Shown here: positions 8,947 through 18,337 of the stretch, piece by piece
Layout of the letters: each line of letters begins with the position of its first letter
How positions within the stretch are numbered: position 1 is the first letter of the stretch
DNA from: a virus
Lineage: Duplodnaviria; Caudoviricetes
Reading direction: 5' to 3' (one strand)
Length of the DNA stretch: 40,856 nucleotides
Virus record (IMG/VR): IMGVR_UViG_3300044840_000044
Span: 1 to 40,856 of that record
Program-made: the position numbers and the translations under genes
Notes under the pieces: generated by a model
The model's input: only the letters and a program-made list of their open reading frames with translations
Told to the model about the DNA's origin: nothing
The model's database searches: none

Positions 8947-10413
8947 ATTACAGCCTCCAATCGTCTTCAAATCGCGGTGATCCGCGAAGTCACTCCCGGC
9001 ACCACTCCGACCACGCCGCGCCTTCGCGCGATGAGGATCACTGGCGAGTCCTTGGCCTTCAATCCGCAGTACGTCGAGTCCGAAGAATTGCGGGTCGACC
9101 GGATGCAGAACGACCCGATGCTGAACATGCAAAGTTCTGGCGGCGGCATCAATTTCGAATTGTCGTATCCAGATGACAACTCGCCGCTTTCTGAATTGCT
9201 GCGCTCGGCGATGTTCAACTCATGGGTCAACACGCCGACATTCTTCAACGACGGCACGGCCGACTCGGTTGTGACCGATGCGGGTACCGTGGCGTCGACC
9301 TATGCGGTGGTTTCCGGTGGTGCGGCCGTTGTCGCCGGGCACGTCGTGCGTGCCAGCGGCTTTACCAATCCGCTCAACAATCAAATCTTCAAGGTCGCCA
9401 GTTCGACCGCCACAACCATTGTAGGCACCGCGCTGACGATGACGGCCGAAGCGGTGCCGCCCGGCACTGCCAAAGTCAAGGTGGTCGGATTTCAGGGTGC
9501 GGCGGCGGACATCACCGCGACCGCGACCGGTCTTGGTGCCACGGCGCTGAACTTTACCACGCTTGGTCTTGCGGTCGGGCAATGGGTGAAGATCGGCGGT
9601 ACAGCGGCTGGCGAAAAATTCGCGACTGCCATCTTGAACGATTGGGCGCGTATTACGGCGATCACTGCCACCGCGTTGACACTCGACAATCTGCCGGTTG
9701 GCTGGGGCGTTGACACCGGTACCGGCAAGACCATCAAGGTATGGTTCGGCGATCAGATCAAAAACGGCGTGACGCCGTCGACCTTGACGATTGAGCGCGG
9801 CTTTATGGGGCAGGCGGTCCCGACCTATATCCGTAACACCGGCATGAACGTCGACAACTTCACTCTGAACATCGCCAGCAAAGCCAAGATTTCCGGCTCG
9901 GCATCGTTCATGGGCATGGGTGGTTCGGAGTCGCAGGCAACTGTTGCCTCGACCTTGACCGCTGTGACAACCGGCGCAGTGATGGCGGCTAATGCCAGTG
10001 TCGGACGGTTGGGCGTCAACGGTTCGCAGTTGATTGCGCCGAACTGGGCGAAGTCGATTACCTTTGTGATCGGCAACAATCTTCGTGAAATTGATGCCGT
10101 CGATTCACTTAGCCCGGTTGCCATTCGCGAAGGCGAGTGCGACGTGACCGGTAAGCTGGAAACCTATTTCGGCAACGACACTGAACTTGCAGCGTTCTAT
10201 GCAGGTACCACACGGCCGATCAATTGCCGGGTTGCCAAGAACTCTCAGGCAATCTTGGTTCAGGTGCCGCGCGTTACCTACAAGGGTGGCGGCAATCCGT
10301 CTGCATCGGCCAAGAACACCGATGTGATGGCCCCGTTCGATTACGCCGCCTCTATCGACCCGGTGACATCAGCACACGTGCTGCTCGACCGTGTCGAGTA
10401 TTTCGAAGTCTAA
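8947..10413 (+). CDS. Major tail tube protein with inserted Thr/Ala-rich accessory domains; probable ATT start
   Basis: (M)TASNRLQIAVIREVTPGTTP...RITGESL..SEELRVDR..GGGINFELSY. GAAGGA lies 8 nt before ATT 8947, with an in-frame TGA at 8932. The ORF-track start (GTG 8977) lacks an SD. Confidence 0.85.
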   Translation: MTASNRLQIAVIREVTPGTTPTTPRLRAMRITGESLAFNPQYVESEELRVDRMQNDPMLNMQSSGGGINFELSYPDDNSPLSELLRSAMFNSWVNTPTFFNDGTADSVVTDAGTVASTYAVVSGGAAVVAGHVVRASGFTNPLNNQIFKVASSTATTIVGTALTMTAEAVPPGTAKVKVVGFQGAAADITATATGLGATALNFTTLGLAVGQWVKIGGTAAGEKFATAILNDWARITAITATALTLDNLPVGWGVDTGTGKTIKVWFGDQIKNGVTPSTLTIERGFMGQAVPTYIRNTGMNVDNFTLNIASKAKISGSASFMGMGGSESQATVASTLTAVTTGAVMAANASVGRLGVNGSQLIAPNWAKSITFVIGNNLREIDAVDSLSPVAIREGECDVTGKLETYFGNDTELAAFYAGTTRPINCRVAKNSQAILVQVPRVTYKGGGNPSASAKNTDVMAPFDYAASIDPVTSAHVLLDRVEYFEV

Positions 10414-10564
10414 ACTCTAATCCCGCGCCGAATACGCGGGATGCCCATTGTCTAGCTGGCCGGTGTCAGCAATGCAGGTTGTGCCTGTGACTGGTTTGGG
10501 CGTGCACGAAAAGACGGCTGGTCTATCGGGGCCAGCCGTTCCCATTTCACACCGGATACCCCAC

Positions 10565-10984
10565 ATGACGATCAAGTTTTCATCGATCAAGAACAACATC
10601 GCGGCTGAACGCGAAGGCTCTTACGTCGACATCATTGACTGGCCGGGCGTTTCGCTTGGCGTTCGGTCGCTAGAACTCCCCGCCTATAAACTCGCGCTTG
10701 AACAGTTAGTGCAGAAATATGCCCGAAAATTTAAGGGCAAGGGTGCACCGCCAGAGGTGCGCGATGCCGATGTTGGCAGGTTGCTGGCCCAGCATATCCT
10801 GTATGGCTGGAAAGGTTTTGACGAGCAGTACAGCGAAGAATTTGCGATGGATATGCTGACATCGTCCGAAGGTCGCGACTTTTCAAAGCAGGTTGTCTGG
10901 GCTGCGGCGTCACTCGCCGAAACCGATGTCGAGTTCATCGCGGACACAACAAAAAACTCAGAGAAGCCTTCCGTTACGAGCTAA
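10565..10984 (+). CDS. Tail assembly chaperone (lambda gpG-like)
   Basis: 139 aa between tail tube and tape measure. ILYGWKGF motif. Slippery A AAA AAC near the 3' end. Confidence 0.85.
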   Translation: MTIKFSSIKNNIAAEREGSYVDIIDWPGVSLGVRSLELPAYKLALEQLVQKYARKFKGKGAPPEVRDADVGRLLAQHILYGWKGFDEQYSEEFAMDMLTSSEGRDFSKQVVWAAASLAETDVEFIADTTKNSEKPSVTS

Positions 10985-11304
10985 GGCGGAAGGCGGTCGA
11001 CGAATTCCTTTTGGAATTAGCCGACGATGGTGAGTCCGGCGTTCCAGAGGTCGAACAGCCGGAATACCAATGGCCGGAATGGTCGGGCTACATCCAACAC
11101 GCATGGCAGATGCTGCGCGATGATCGCCACTACGGTGCCATGGGAGGAATGGGCGCAATTTATTACACGGCGATGAGTCAGTACGCGCACGATCATCAAC
11201 TCGAAATCGAACCGTTCGCGACGTTCCTGAACGCCATGGATGAAGAATACGTTTTGTATTGTGCCGAACAAGCCAAAGAAACGACACCACCAGAACCGGA
11301 ATAA
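10951..11304 (+). CDS. Frameshifted C-terminal part of gpGT-like tail chaperone
   Basis: The -1 frame is open from the heptamer (LREAFRYELRRKAVDEFLLELADD...AWQMLRDDR...MDEEY) to TAA 11304. Confidence 0.8.
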   Translation, partial: KKLREAFRYELRRKAVDEFLLELADDGESGVPEVEQPEYQWPEWSGYIQHAWQMLRDDRHYGAMGGMGAIYYTAMSQYAHDHQLEIEPFATFLNAMDEEYVLYCAEQAKETTPPEPE

Positions 11305-11308
11305 TTAA

Positions 11309-14300
11309 TTGGCTGACGAAGAAGTTGTACGCAAACTAACGATCACTGCAACCAACAGTGGCTTTGATGATACGACCAACAAAGCGAACGCGCTTGCCGA
11401 TTCGATCAGCAACGTTGCCGAAGTCACCGATACGTCTTCAAGGAAGGCGTTGTCGGCACAGGCTGCATACGACAAACAAACCAATTCCGTAGTCGATGGT
11501 GCGGCGGCTCATGCCAAGTACACGTCAGCCGTCAAGGTTGCGACCAATGAATTGAATCAGGGCGGCATTTCGCAGGATCAATACGCAGCCCGGTTGAAGC
11601 TGCTGAAAGAAAAATACGGCGAGACCGCAGAGAAGGCGGGGACGTTCACCAAAGCCATTGATGGCATCAAGGAACGGCTCAGCGAATTCGAAAGCAAAGC
11701 CGGTGTGACCGGTCAGGTACTTTCATCTTTTGGCGCTGCCGGTGCAGCCGCTGCTATTGGTGTCGGTATTCTTTACGAAGCATTCTCGAAGCTCGGTGAA
11801 CTTGCCACGGAACAAGGTCAATGGGCGCGACAGCTAACCCAGACGGCGGAAACGCTGAACCTAACCACCACACAGCTTCAAGCGTTGAATGAAGTCGCAT
11901 CACAAACAGGCGTCTCGAATGAGACATTATCGACCAGTCTTAACCGGATGCAGGTTCAACTATCGCAGTTGACGCAAGGCGGCGGAACATTATTCGATGC
12001 TCTAAGTAAGGGCAACAAGACGCTGCGCGATCAACTTTCGGTCACCAAGGATTCGGCCGAACAGATCAACATTCTTGCGCGTGCTTATGCCAATGCCAGC
12101 ACAGAACAACAGAAGCTGATTACGCGTGGCCTTGGCCGCAATGGTCAGGGTGCACAGATCGGTCGCGTACTCACCGGTATCAATTCGGCCGGTGGTGTTG
12201 AAGGTGCAGTTGCCGCAAATGCACAAGATAACATTGCTACCGACCAGATCAAGAAATGGGATGAACTATCAAAAGCAATCGCTGGCGCAACCGAAGCGGC
12301 CAGTCATAATTTCGGGTCGATCTTCACCACTCAGATTCTGACCAGCCAAAAGGAATGGGCCGAACGCTGGCTTGAAGTATCGCGCTGGGCCAAAGAGTTT
12401 TTCCTTTCGGATGATCTGAAAAAGATTCTGGATTGGGTGCCGTCACCAGCGACTCTTCTCGGTTTGGCAAAGATGGTACCGGGGCCGGTCGGGATGGCCA
12501 CACGTCTTGGTTCCAGTGCCTATGACGCGGCGTCATCAATCAAACCCGGTTCTCTCACTCACTCGCGTGACTTCGATTCCACGTTTGCGACCAACTTCAA
12601 TCCGGGCAACCTCCAACGCACACCGGAAGGTCCGACAGCACCCGACAACATCACACCTAGTCTGGGCGTGCAGGCCGCCGATGCAGCCAAGCTGGTTACG
12701 CAACTCGGTGCCGCCGCGACTGCACAAGATAAATACACAGCGGCACGCCTAGCGGCTGTGGCAGCATCATCTGGCGGTGAAGCCACGATGACAAAAGACA
12801 TCGCCGCGCGTGTTATCGAGAATGCCGGTCTTGAGCGGTCAACGGCGTTGCACGCCGCGCATAATTCTGCACTCGGCGGGGCTGCGACTGTTGAAGACGT
12901 ACTGGCCGCAAAGCATGACCAACTCAACAAACTGCAACAACAAGGTGCCAACCTAACGCCGCGACAAATCGCGGCACAGCTTGCGCTCACGCGCGCGCAG
13001 ACAGACGGCACACAATCTATCGACGTGCAAACTGCGGCAGAGAAGGTCAAGATTGCCACGGTTGGCATGAGCGAACAGGCCGCACTTGCCTACTCGACAG
13101 CCCAGAATGAAATCAACCGGCAACTTGCGGCTGGCCGTAGTCTGGCAGACATCAACGTCGTCGGCATCATCAACTCGGCCAACGCTTATGCATCGGCGGC
13201 AACCAAGGCCAAAACGTTCAAGGAAGCGTTCGACTTTGCCAAATCGTCGGTGTCCGGGTTTGCCACTGATCTTATTCATGGTCTGACTCAAGGCAAGTCG
13301 TTGATGGAGTCGCTTTCGGCGGCGGCTACCAATCTGGCGACAAAGGTCTTGGATGCATCGATCAATAAGCTGATTGACCTTGGTGGCAATGCCCTGATGG
13401 GCGCGGCTTCCGGTGCGGGCAGCGGTGCGGCTCTAACGACTGGCGCTACGTCAGCGGCGGCGATCATGCAAGCCGGTATTGCTGCCGGTGTGACTACGCT
13501 GGTGACCGGTGCGACCACGGCGGCTGCTATTCTTGCTGGCGGTGGTGCAGAGGCTGGCGTTGGTGTCGACGTTGGCACATCGCTTGGTGGTGCTGCACTG
13601 GTCACGGCAGGTGGTGTAACAGGTACGACTCTTGTAACCGCTGGCGTAGCAACCGGTGCCGCTATCAACGGGCCGGTGTTGGCTTTGATCGGTGCCATCG
13701 TCGCCGCTACGGCGCTCGTATTCCTTGGCGGCAGTAATCACAAGCAAGACGAAGCGGACGCCAGAGCTAGACAGGCGGTCACAGATCGCAACCAACGCAT
13801 TGACGACGCCACCACACGAAGCGGGTCTTACGACCGGGACGCACTGACAGTCGGCATCGATCAGTCGACGTTGAAAGGCCAGTTGCAGGCATTCGATCAG
13901 CAAGCATCTTGGCAGCGTCTCGACGAACTGAAAAAGGGTAACGGCGCGGTACTGGCGTTAGAGCGCGACCTCGCAGCGCAACGACAGAGCATCATCGAAA
14001 AAGCCAACAAGGCGATTGAGAAATCGCTGGAAGATTTTCTGGAGTCGATCAAAACAGGATCATCGTCGATCTTGTCTCCCGGCGATCAACTTGCGTATGA
14101 ACAGTCGCTGTTCAACAAGCAATTGGCGGGCGCTCAAGGCGGCAATGAAGACGATCTGAATTCGATCACCAAAACGGCGTCGACATTGCTGGGTCTGGCA
14201 CAGGCGTATTATGCGTCTGGTGTTGGGTATGCTGACATTTACAAGAGTGTCGTCGACTCTATCACTGGCCTTGAGTCAAGTTCGCTCAATACGTCGACAC

Positions 14301-14698
14301 TGGCGGCCAACACCAACCTTACGCCGGTTAACGCCTCAGACATTGGCCATACCGCTGGCTACGCAGACGGCGGTTATGTCGGCAACGGCACGTATGGCCG
14401 TGACAGCGTGATGGCGACATATGCGGGCGGCGGCAACATCGCTCTGGCCGGTGGTGAACATGTCACGCGCGCCAATAGCGTCAACGCGGCGACACGTCCC
14501 GCGCTCGATTACATCAACCGCACCGGCAAGGCCGACAACAACGGCGAGGTCGCGCGAATTCTTACGCAGGGATTCAATGGTCAGACTCAGGTGTTGTCAG
14601 ACCGGCTTGATGAAGTGATCGCCAGCGTCAAACGATTGGAGTCCACTACGAAACAATCATCCAACCAACGGCGCGTGCCGGGTACGGACAAGGCATAA
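11309..14698 (+). CDS. Tail tape measure protein
   Basis: 1129 aa, Ala-rich and helical, with a Gly/Ala hydrophobic segment and C-terminal GYADGGYV..DSV..GGEHV. TTG start. Follows the chaperones. Confidence 0.93.
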   Translation: MADEEVVRKLTITATNSGFDDTTNKANALADSISNVAEVTDTSSRKALSAQAAYDKQTNSVVDGAAAHAKYTSAVKVATNELNQGGISQDQYAARLKLLKEKYGETAEKAGTFTKAIDGIKERLSEFESKAGVTGQVLSSFGAAGAAAAIGVGILYEAFSKLGELATEQGQWARQLTQTAETLNLTTTQLQALNEVASQTGVSNETLSTSLNRMQVQLSQLTQGGGTLFDALSKGNKTLRDQLSVTKDSAEQINILARAYANASTEQQKLITRGLGRNGQGAQIGRVLTGINSAGGVEGAVAANAQDNIATDQIKKWDELSKAIAGATEAASHNFGSIFTTQILTSQKEWAERWLEVSRWAKEFFLSDDLKKILDWVPSPATLLGLAKMVPGPVGMATRLGSSAYDAASSIKPGSLTHSRDFDSTFATNFNPGNLQRTPEGPTAPDNITPSLGVQAADAAKLVTQLGAAATAQDKYTAARLAAVAASSGGEATMTKDIAARVIENAGLERSTALHAAHNSALGGAATVEDVLAAKHDQLNKLQQQGANLTPRQIAAQLALTRAQTDGTQSIDVQTAAEKVKIATVGMSEQAALAYSTAQNEINRQLAAGRSLADINVVGIINSANAYASAATKAKTFKEAFDFAKSSVSGFATDLIHGLTQGKSLMESLSAAATNLATKVLDASINKLIDLGGNALMGAASGAGSGAALTTGATSAAAIMQAGIAAGVTTLVTGATTAAAILAGGGAEAGVGVDVGTSLGGAALVTAGGVTGTTLVTAGVATGAAINGPVLALIGAIVAATALVFLGGSNHKQDEADARARQAVTDRNQRIDDATTRSGSYDRDALTVGIDQSTLKGQLQAFDQQASWQRLDELKKGNGAVLALERDLAAQRQSIIEKANKAIEKSLEDFLESIKTGSSSILSPGDQLAYEQSLFNKQLAGAQGGNEDDLNSITKTASTLLGLAQAYYASGVGYADIYKSVVDSITGLESSSLNTSTLAANTNLTPVNASDIGHTAGYADGGYVGNGTYGRDSVMATYAGGGNIALAGGEHVTRANSVNAATRPALDYINRTGKADNNGEVARILTQGFNGQTQVLSDRLDEVIASVKRLESTTKQSSNQRRVPGTDKA

Positions 14699-14701
14699 GC
14701 C

Positions 14702-15109
14702 ATGGCATCAATGACTTCCTATCTGCAAAAGCGATTGCTGGATCACTCGCTCGGTCTGACAACGTTCACGATGCCGACGACGGTCTATCTGGGGCTTCAT
14801 ACCGCAAATCCGTCCGAGACTGGTTCGATTGTCGCCGAAGTATCAGTGACCGGCACCGGCTATGCCCGTAACGCGATCACATCAAAGATGAATGCTACCG
14901 ACTCCGTTACCGGTATTACGTCGAACAATGCAGCCATCACCTATGGCCCTGCATTGTCGGACTGGGGCACGATCACGCACATCAGTGTGAGTGACGCGCC
15001 ATCAGCGGGCAACATGCTTTTGTATGGTCCGCTAACCGTCGTGCAAACGACGCCTATCGGTGAATCGGTTCAGTTTTCTTCCGGCCAGTTCATTTCTCAA
15101 TTCGATTAA
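14702..15109 (+). CDS. Small virion protein (minimal paralogue of 4046..4936)
   Basis: TSYLQKRLLDH..VYLGLHT..EVS..GYAR..DWGTITHISVSDA..GNMLLYG. Confidence 0.75.
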   Translation: MASMTSYLQKRLLDHSLGLTTFTMPTTVYLGLHTANPSETGSIVAEVSVTGTGYARNAITSKMNATDSVTGITSNNAAITYGPALSDWGTITHISVSDAPSAGNMLLYGPLTVVQTTPIGESVQFSSGQFISQFD

Positions 15110-15130
15110 TCAACCAAAAGGAAATTCTCT

Positions 15131-15607
15131 ATGGCCGGTTTTGCGGCATCCAACGTCAATGCGACGACGCCTACACCACAGGTGATGACTACCACCTTCA
15201 AGACGTTGCTCAATCTCAACATCGGGGCAACCACATTTCGCCGTATCAAGGTGCATGAATTCGTATTCGGCACCGATGGCACCCCGGCCGACAACGCCAT
15301 GACATGGGACGTTTCGCGTTCCACCACGATTGGTACCGGTGTCGCTGGCGTCGTTGTGGCACTCGACGCGGCCGACTCCGCGTTCTTGGGAACGGCGACC
15401 ATCAACCACACGGTTGAACCGACAGTCACCGCGAATTCGAGTGCATGGGCCGCTGGCATGAACCAACGTGCCACACATCGATGGGTTGCCTATCCCGGTC
15501 AGGAACTGGTCATCCCGGCCACGACCCTGAACGGTCTGGCCTTCCGTGCCAAGTCGCCGGGCTACACCGGCACTGCGGTGACGCAAGTCGAGTTCGTCGA
15601 ACAGTAA
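15131..15607 (+). CDS. Hypothetical virion protein
   Basis: 158 aa, AAGGA SD, Thr-rich beta protein. Followed by a terminator. Confidence 0.65.
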   Translation: MAGFAASNVNATTPTPQVMTTTFKTLLNLNIGATTFRRIKVHEFVFGTDGTPADNAMTWDVSRSTTIGTGVAGVVVALDAADSAFLGTATINHTVEPTVTANSSAWAAGMNQRATHRWVAYPGQELVIPATTLNGLAFRAKSPGYTGTAVTQVEFVEQ

Positions 15608-15632
15608 AAACGTCAAGCGACGTTTGATAACC

Positions 15633-15665
15633 AGCCCGTCATGCAAACCAGCGTGGCGGGCTTTT
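15633..15665 (+). terminator. Intrinsic terminator
   Basis: AGCCCGTCATGC-AAACCA-GCGTGGCGGGCT-TTT, a 12-bp stem including G-U pairs. Confidence 0.65.
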
Positions 15666-15679
15666 CATTGGGGGAGACA

Positions 15680-15931
15680 ATGAAACTTGGCGTACTGATT
15701 ATCGCATCGGAATTCGGTTGCGAGGAAATAGCAACATTCACGTGCGCGCACTGCAACGGCATTCATTTCGTGAAGCCGACACAGCGGCCGGAAGACTCTG
15801 GCGGCATGTGCAGCGTGTGCTGGCAATTGATCTGCCCCGGCTGTGTCGGCGGCGGCTGCAATCCGTTCGAAGAAAAATTGCGAAGCGCCGAACGTCGCGC
15901 TGACACCCGTCGATCATATGGATTTGAATAA
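15680..15931 (+). CDS. Cys-rich zinc-finger-like protein (83 aa)
   Basis: GGGGAG SD before ATG 15680. CAHC, CSVC, CPGC motifs. Confidence 0.7.
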   Translation: MKLGVLIIASEFGCEEIATFTCAHCNGIHFVKPTQRPEDSGGMCSVCWQLICPGCVGGGCNPFEEKLRSAERRADTRRSYGFE

Positions 15932-15934
15932 TTT

Positions 15935-17755
15935 ATGGCTTCCTCATTTCTTACCGTTTGTCGATTCAATCCGACCACTGGCAGCACGACCGACTGGACC
16001 TTTTCGACTGCCGTGACCGGCTTTCAATCCCCCACAGCGGCTGGCGTCGTCAACGGGACAGTCTATTCCTATCGTGCTGAAAGCCTCGACTTGTCGCAAT
16101 GGGAAATCGGCATTGGAGCATACAACACCGGCACAGGTGTACTCGCTAGAACCACTGTGCTGTTCAATTCCGCTGGTGGCACCTCGAAAATCAATTTCAC
16201 GCTGACTCCACAGGTCGCCATCATCGCGACGGCGGATGATATCCGCTACATTCCGAAGGCGGTCGACTATGGCGGCCGGTTGACCTCGCTATCCGCCGCT
16301 CCGGTCCCGACCGTTGATGTCGTCGGCAGTCAGAATCTCTATTACGCGCCGTATAAACACAAGATGGTGCCGACCTATACGTCCGGGGTGTGGACGCTGC
16401 GGCAATTCACGTCAAGCAGTTCCGATCAGGTTGGCCAGACACTGGCATTGGCCGGTTCGGCGAACTGGCCCGTCGATACCCTTCACGATGTTTTCGAGGT
16501 GATGGATTCCGGTGTGGCAAAGATGGCCACCCGCCAGTGGGACGCGGGCATGCTATGGACCGAAGCCCTCATCACGCCATCGACAAGTTTAGCTTCCGGT
16601 GGCGCGGCTGGTTACATTACCACAGGCACGACCAGCGTTACATGGGGATCACCCGGAACGGCTTTCGACGGCACGCCAAACAAGGCCGCCGCTTCGTCCG
16701 CATCAAATCTTCAAACTACCAATACGTTCGCTGGTGCCAACGCGATTTGTACCTTCTTGGGGCAGGATTGGGGCAGCGGTGTTACCAACGTCGTCAGCAA
16801 GGTCGTCATCACCGCACCGAATGACGGGTTTTTCTGCGGCGGTTCGAATGCTGCCTACACGTTACAAATCGAAGTATCGAACAACGGCACTGATTGGCAC
16901 AGATCGAATATCACACGGTATGACGACACGGTTGGGGTTGGCGGTGTGTTCACGACCACCATCAGCCTGAATGAAAATCTGCCGTGTCGTATGATAAAGG
17001 TCGGCTTCGACAGTAGCGGTGCCAGCAATGTGCGAAGTGCCCAAATCCAGTTCTACAAGAAAGTTGCGCCAACCGCTGGCCGTCGTCTCACATATATTGA
17101 TGGCATTCAGGTCAACGATGCCATCATTGGATCAGGCACCTCGCCGAATAATCCGATGCGTACTGGAGCGTCGACCACGATAACGACCGCCGCGAATGAA
17201 GGCATTTTTCTCGGCACCATCCACATCAATACGTCAACCGCTGGCCAGATCACTCAGCATGTCGTCGGTGGTCCGTCGCGCGTCAGCGATGTGTGGAACG
17301 CGCAAAATCAGGTGCCATTGATATTGACCGCGTACAGTTTCGCCCCGGTCGTCGGCTACTCACCTGTGACCACACAACGATGGAATCTGATTGAAAGTGC
17401 CGTCTCTGGCGGCGGTGGCATTACCATTCAGGTCGTCATTGGATTAGCCGAAGGACCGATAAAGGCCATTCTTCGCCGCAATGTCTATCTGAACTGCGGA
17501 ACGAACGCGGCCAGTTACGAAGGCGGCATTGGTGTCGATTCGACATCGACGTTTTCCGGTATGGAAGCTTCCTGCAACACGGACTCAACCGGACAGGCGA
17601 TTGGTTATATGCCGACTGGCATGTGTACCGTACCGCCTTTGGCCGGTAACAGAAATCTGTACGGCCTCGAACGGCAAGGCAACAACGCTACCGGGGTGCA
17701 ATCGGCTTCCACCGGCCCGCGTAATTCGTATTTCACCGCTGAGTGGATGGGGTAA
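15935..17755 (+). CDS. Tail fibre or receptor-binding protein
   Basis: 606 aa, T/G/S-rich. N-terminal anchor (WEIGIG..LARTTVL.NS..SKINF) shared with 20657..21352. Central AFDG..LGQDWG..IEVSNNGTDW resembles a discoidin/F5-8-like domain. Confidence 0.75.
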   Translation: MASSFLTVCRFNPTTGSTTDWTFSTAVTGFQSPTAAGVVNGTVYSYRAESLDLSQWEIGIGAYNTGTGVLARTTVLFNSAGGTSKINFTLTPQVAIIATADDIRYIPKAVDYGGRLTSLSAAPVPTVDVVGSQNLYYAPYKHKMVPTYTSGVWTLRQFTSSSSDQVGQTLALAGSANWPVDTLHDVFEVMDSGVAKMATRQWDAGMLWTEALITPSTSLASGGAAGYITTGTTSVTWGSPGTAFDGTPNKAAASSASNLQTTNTFAGANAICTFLGQDWGSGVTNVVSKVVITAPNDGFFCGGSNAAYTLQIEVSNNGTDWHRSNITRYDDTVGVGGVFTTTISLNENLPCRMIKVGFDSSGASNVRSAQIQFYKKVAPTAGRRLTYIDGIQVNDAIIGSGTSPNNPMRTGASTTITTAANEGIFLGTIHINTSTAGQITQHVVGGPSRVSDVWNAQNQVPLILTAYSFAPVVGYSPVTTQRWNLIESAVSGGGGITIQVVIGLAEGPIKAILRRNVYLNCGTNAASYEGGIGVDSTSTFSGMEASCNTDSTGQAIGYMPTGMCTVPPLAGNRNLYGLERQGNNATGVQSASTGPRNSYFTAEWMG

Positions 17756-17758
17756 CAC

Positions 17759-18325
17759 ATGCTCGGCTTTGGTGCAGTCGGCGGACTGGCTCTTGGTCAG
17801 CTTCCACCGGCTGGTGTTGGCGGCAGCGTCAATGAAGACAGTTGGCATCAACCATTTAGCACCGACATGGTACGGCGGCTTCCGCCGTATGCAGCGGCAC
17901 GCCAACAGTTCGCGGCGTTCGTTCAGTTCTCGTTTGCCGGTGTATTCACCCCGGCACTATCGAAATGGGCACCGCAGTTTTCCGAACCGGCCCGCAGACT
18001 CAAGCCTATGCATACCGGGGCGCAACAGTTTGCGTCATTCGTTCAGTTCGCACCGTTCGCCGAATTTCCATCGGCAGACAAATGGTTCATGCCATTCAGC
18101 GAACCGGTTCGTTTCCGGCCCCGCATGACCACCGCGCATCAATGGTTCGGTCGCGGCATCGAATTCCCGTTGACGACCAGCATTGTACAATTGCGGTCAT
18201 CGCTGCTCGGAACAGCCGTGATCGGCGGTGTGCCGACATCGAATTACAAGAGCATTCTTGCATCGGGAAACAAGCGACGTTTGATCTTCGCGGCCGAATT
18301 ATCGCCGTGGACTCTATCGCAATAG
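17759..18325 (+). CDS. Hypothetical virion protein with three ~38-aa aromatic/Pro repeats
   Basis: The W..(P/Q)FS...R......QQF..FVQF unit repeats three times (third copy partial). Confidence 0.65.
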   Translation: MLGFGAVGGLALGQLPPAGVGGSVNEDSWHQPFSTDMVRRLPPYAAARQQFAAFVQFSFAGVFTPALSKWAPQFSEPARRLKPMHTGAQQFASFVQFAPFAEFPSADKWFMPFSEPVRFRPRMTTAHQWFGRGIEFPLTTSIVQLRSSLLGTAVIGGVPTSNYKSILASGNKRRLIFAAELSPWTLSQ

Positions 18326-18337
18326 AAGTGAGTCATT

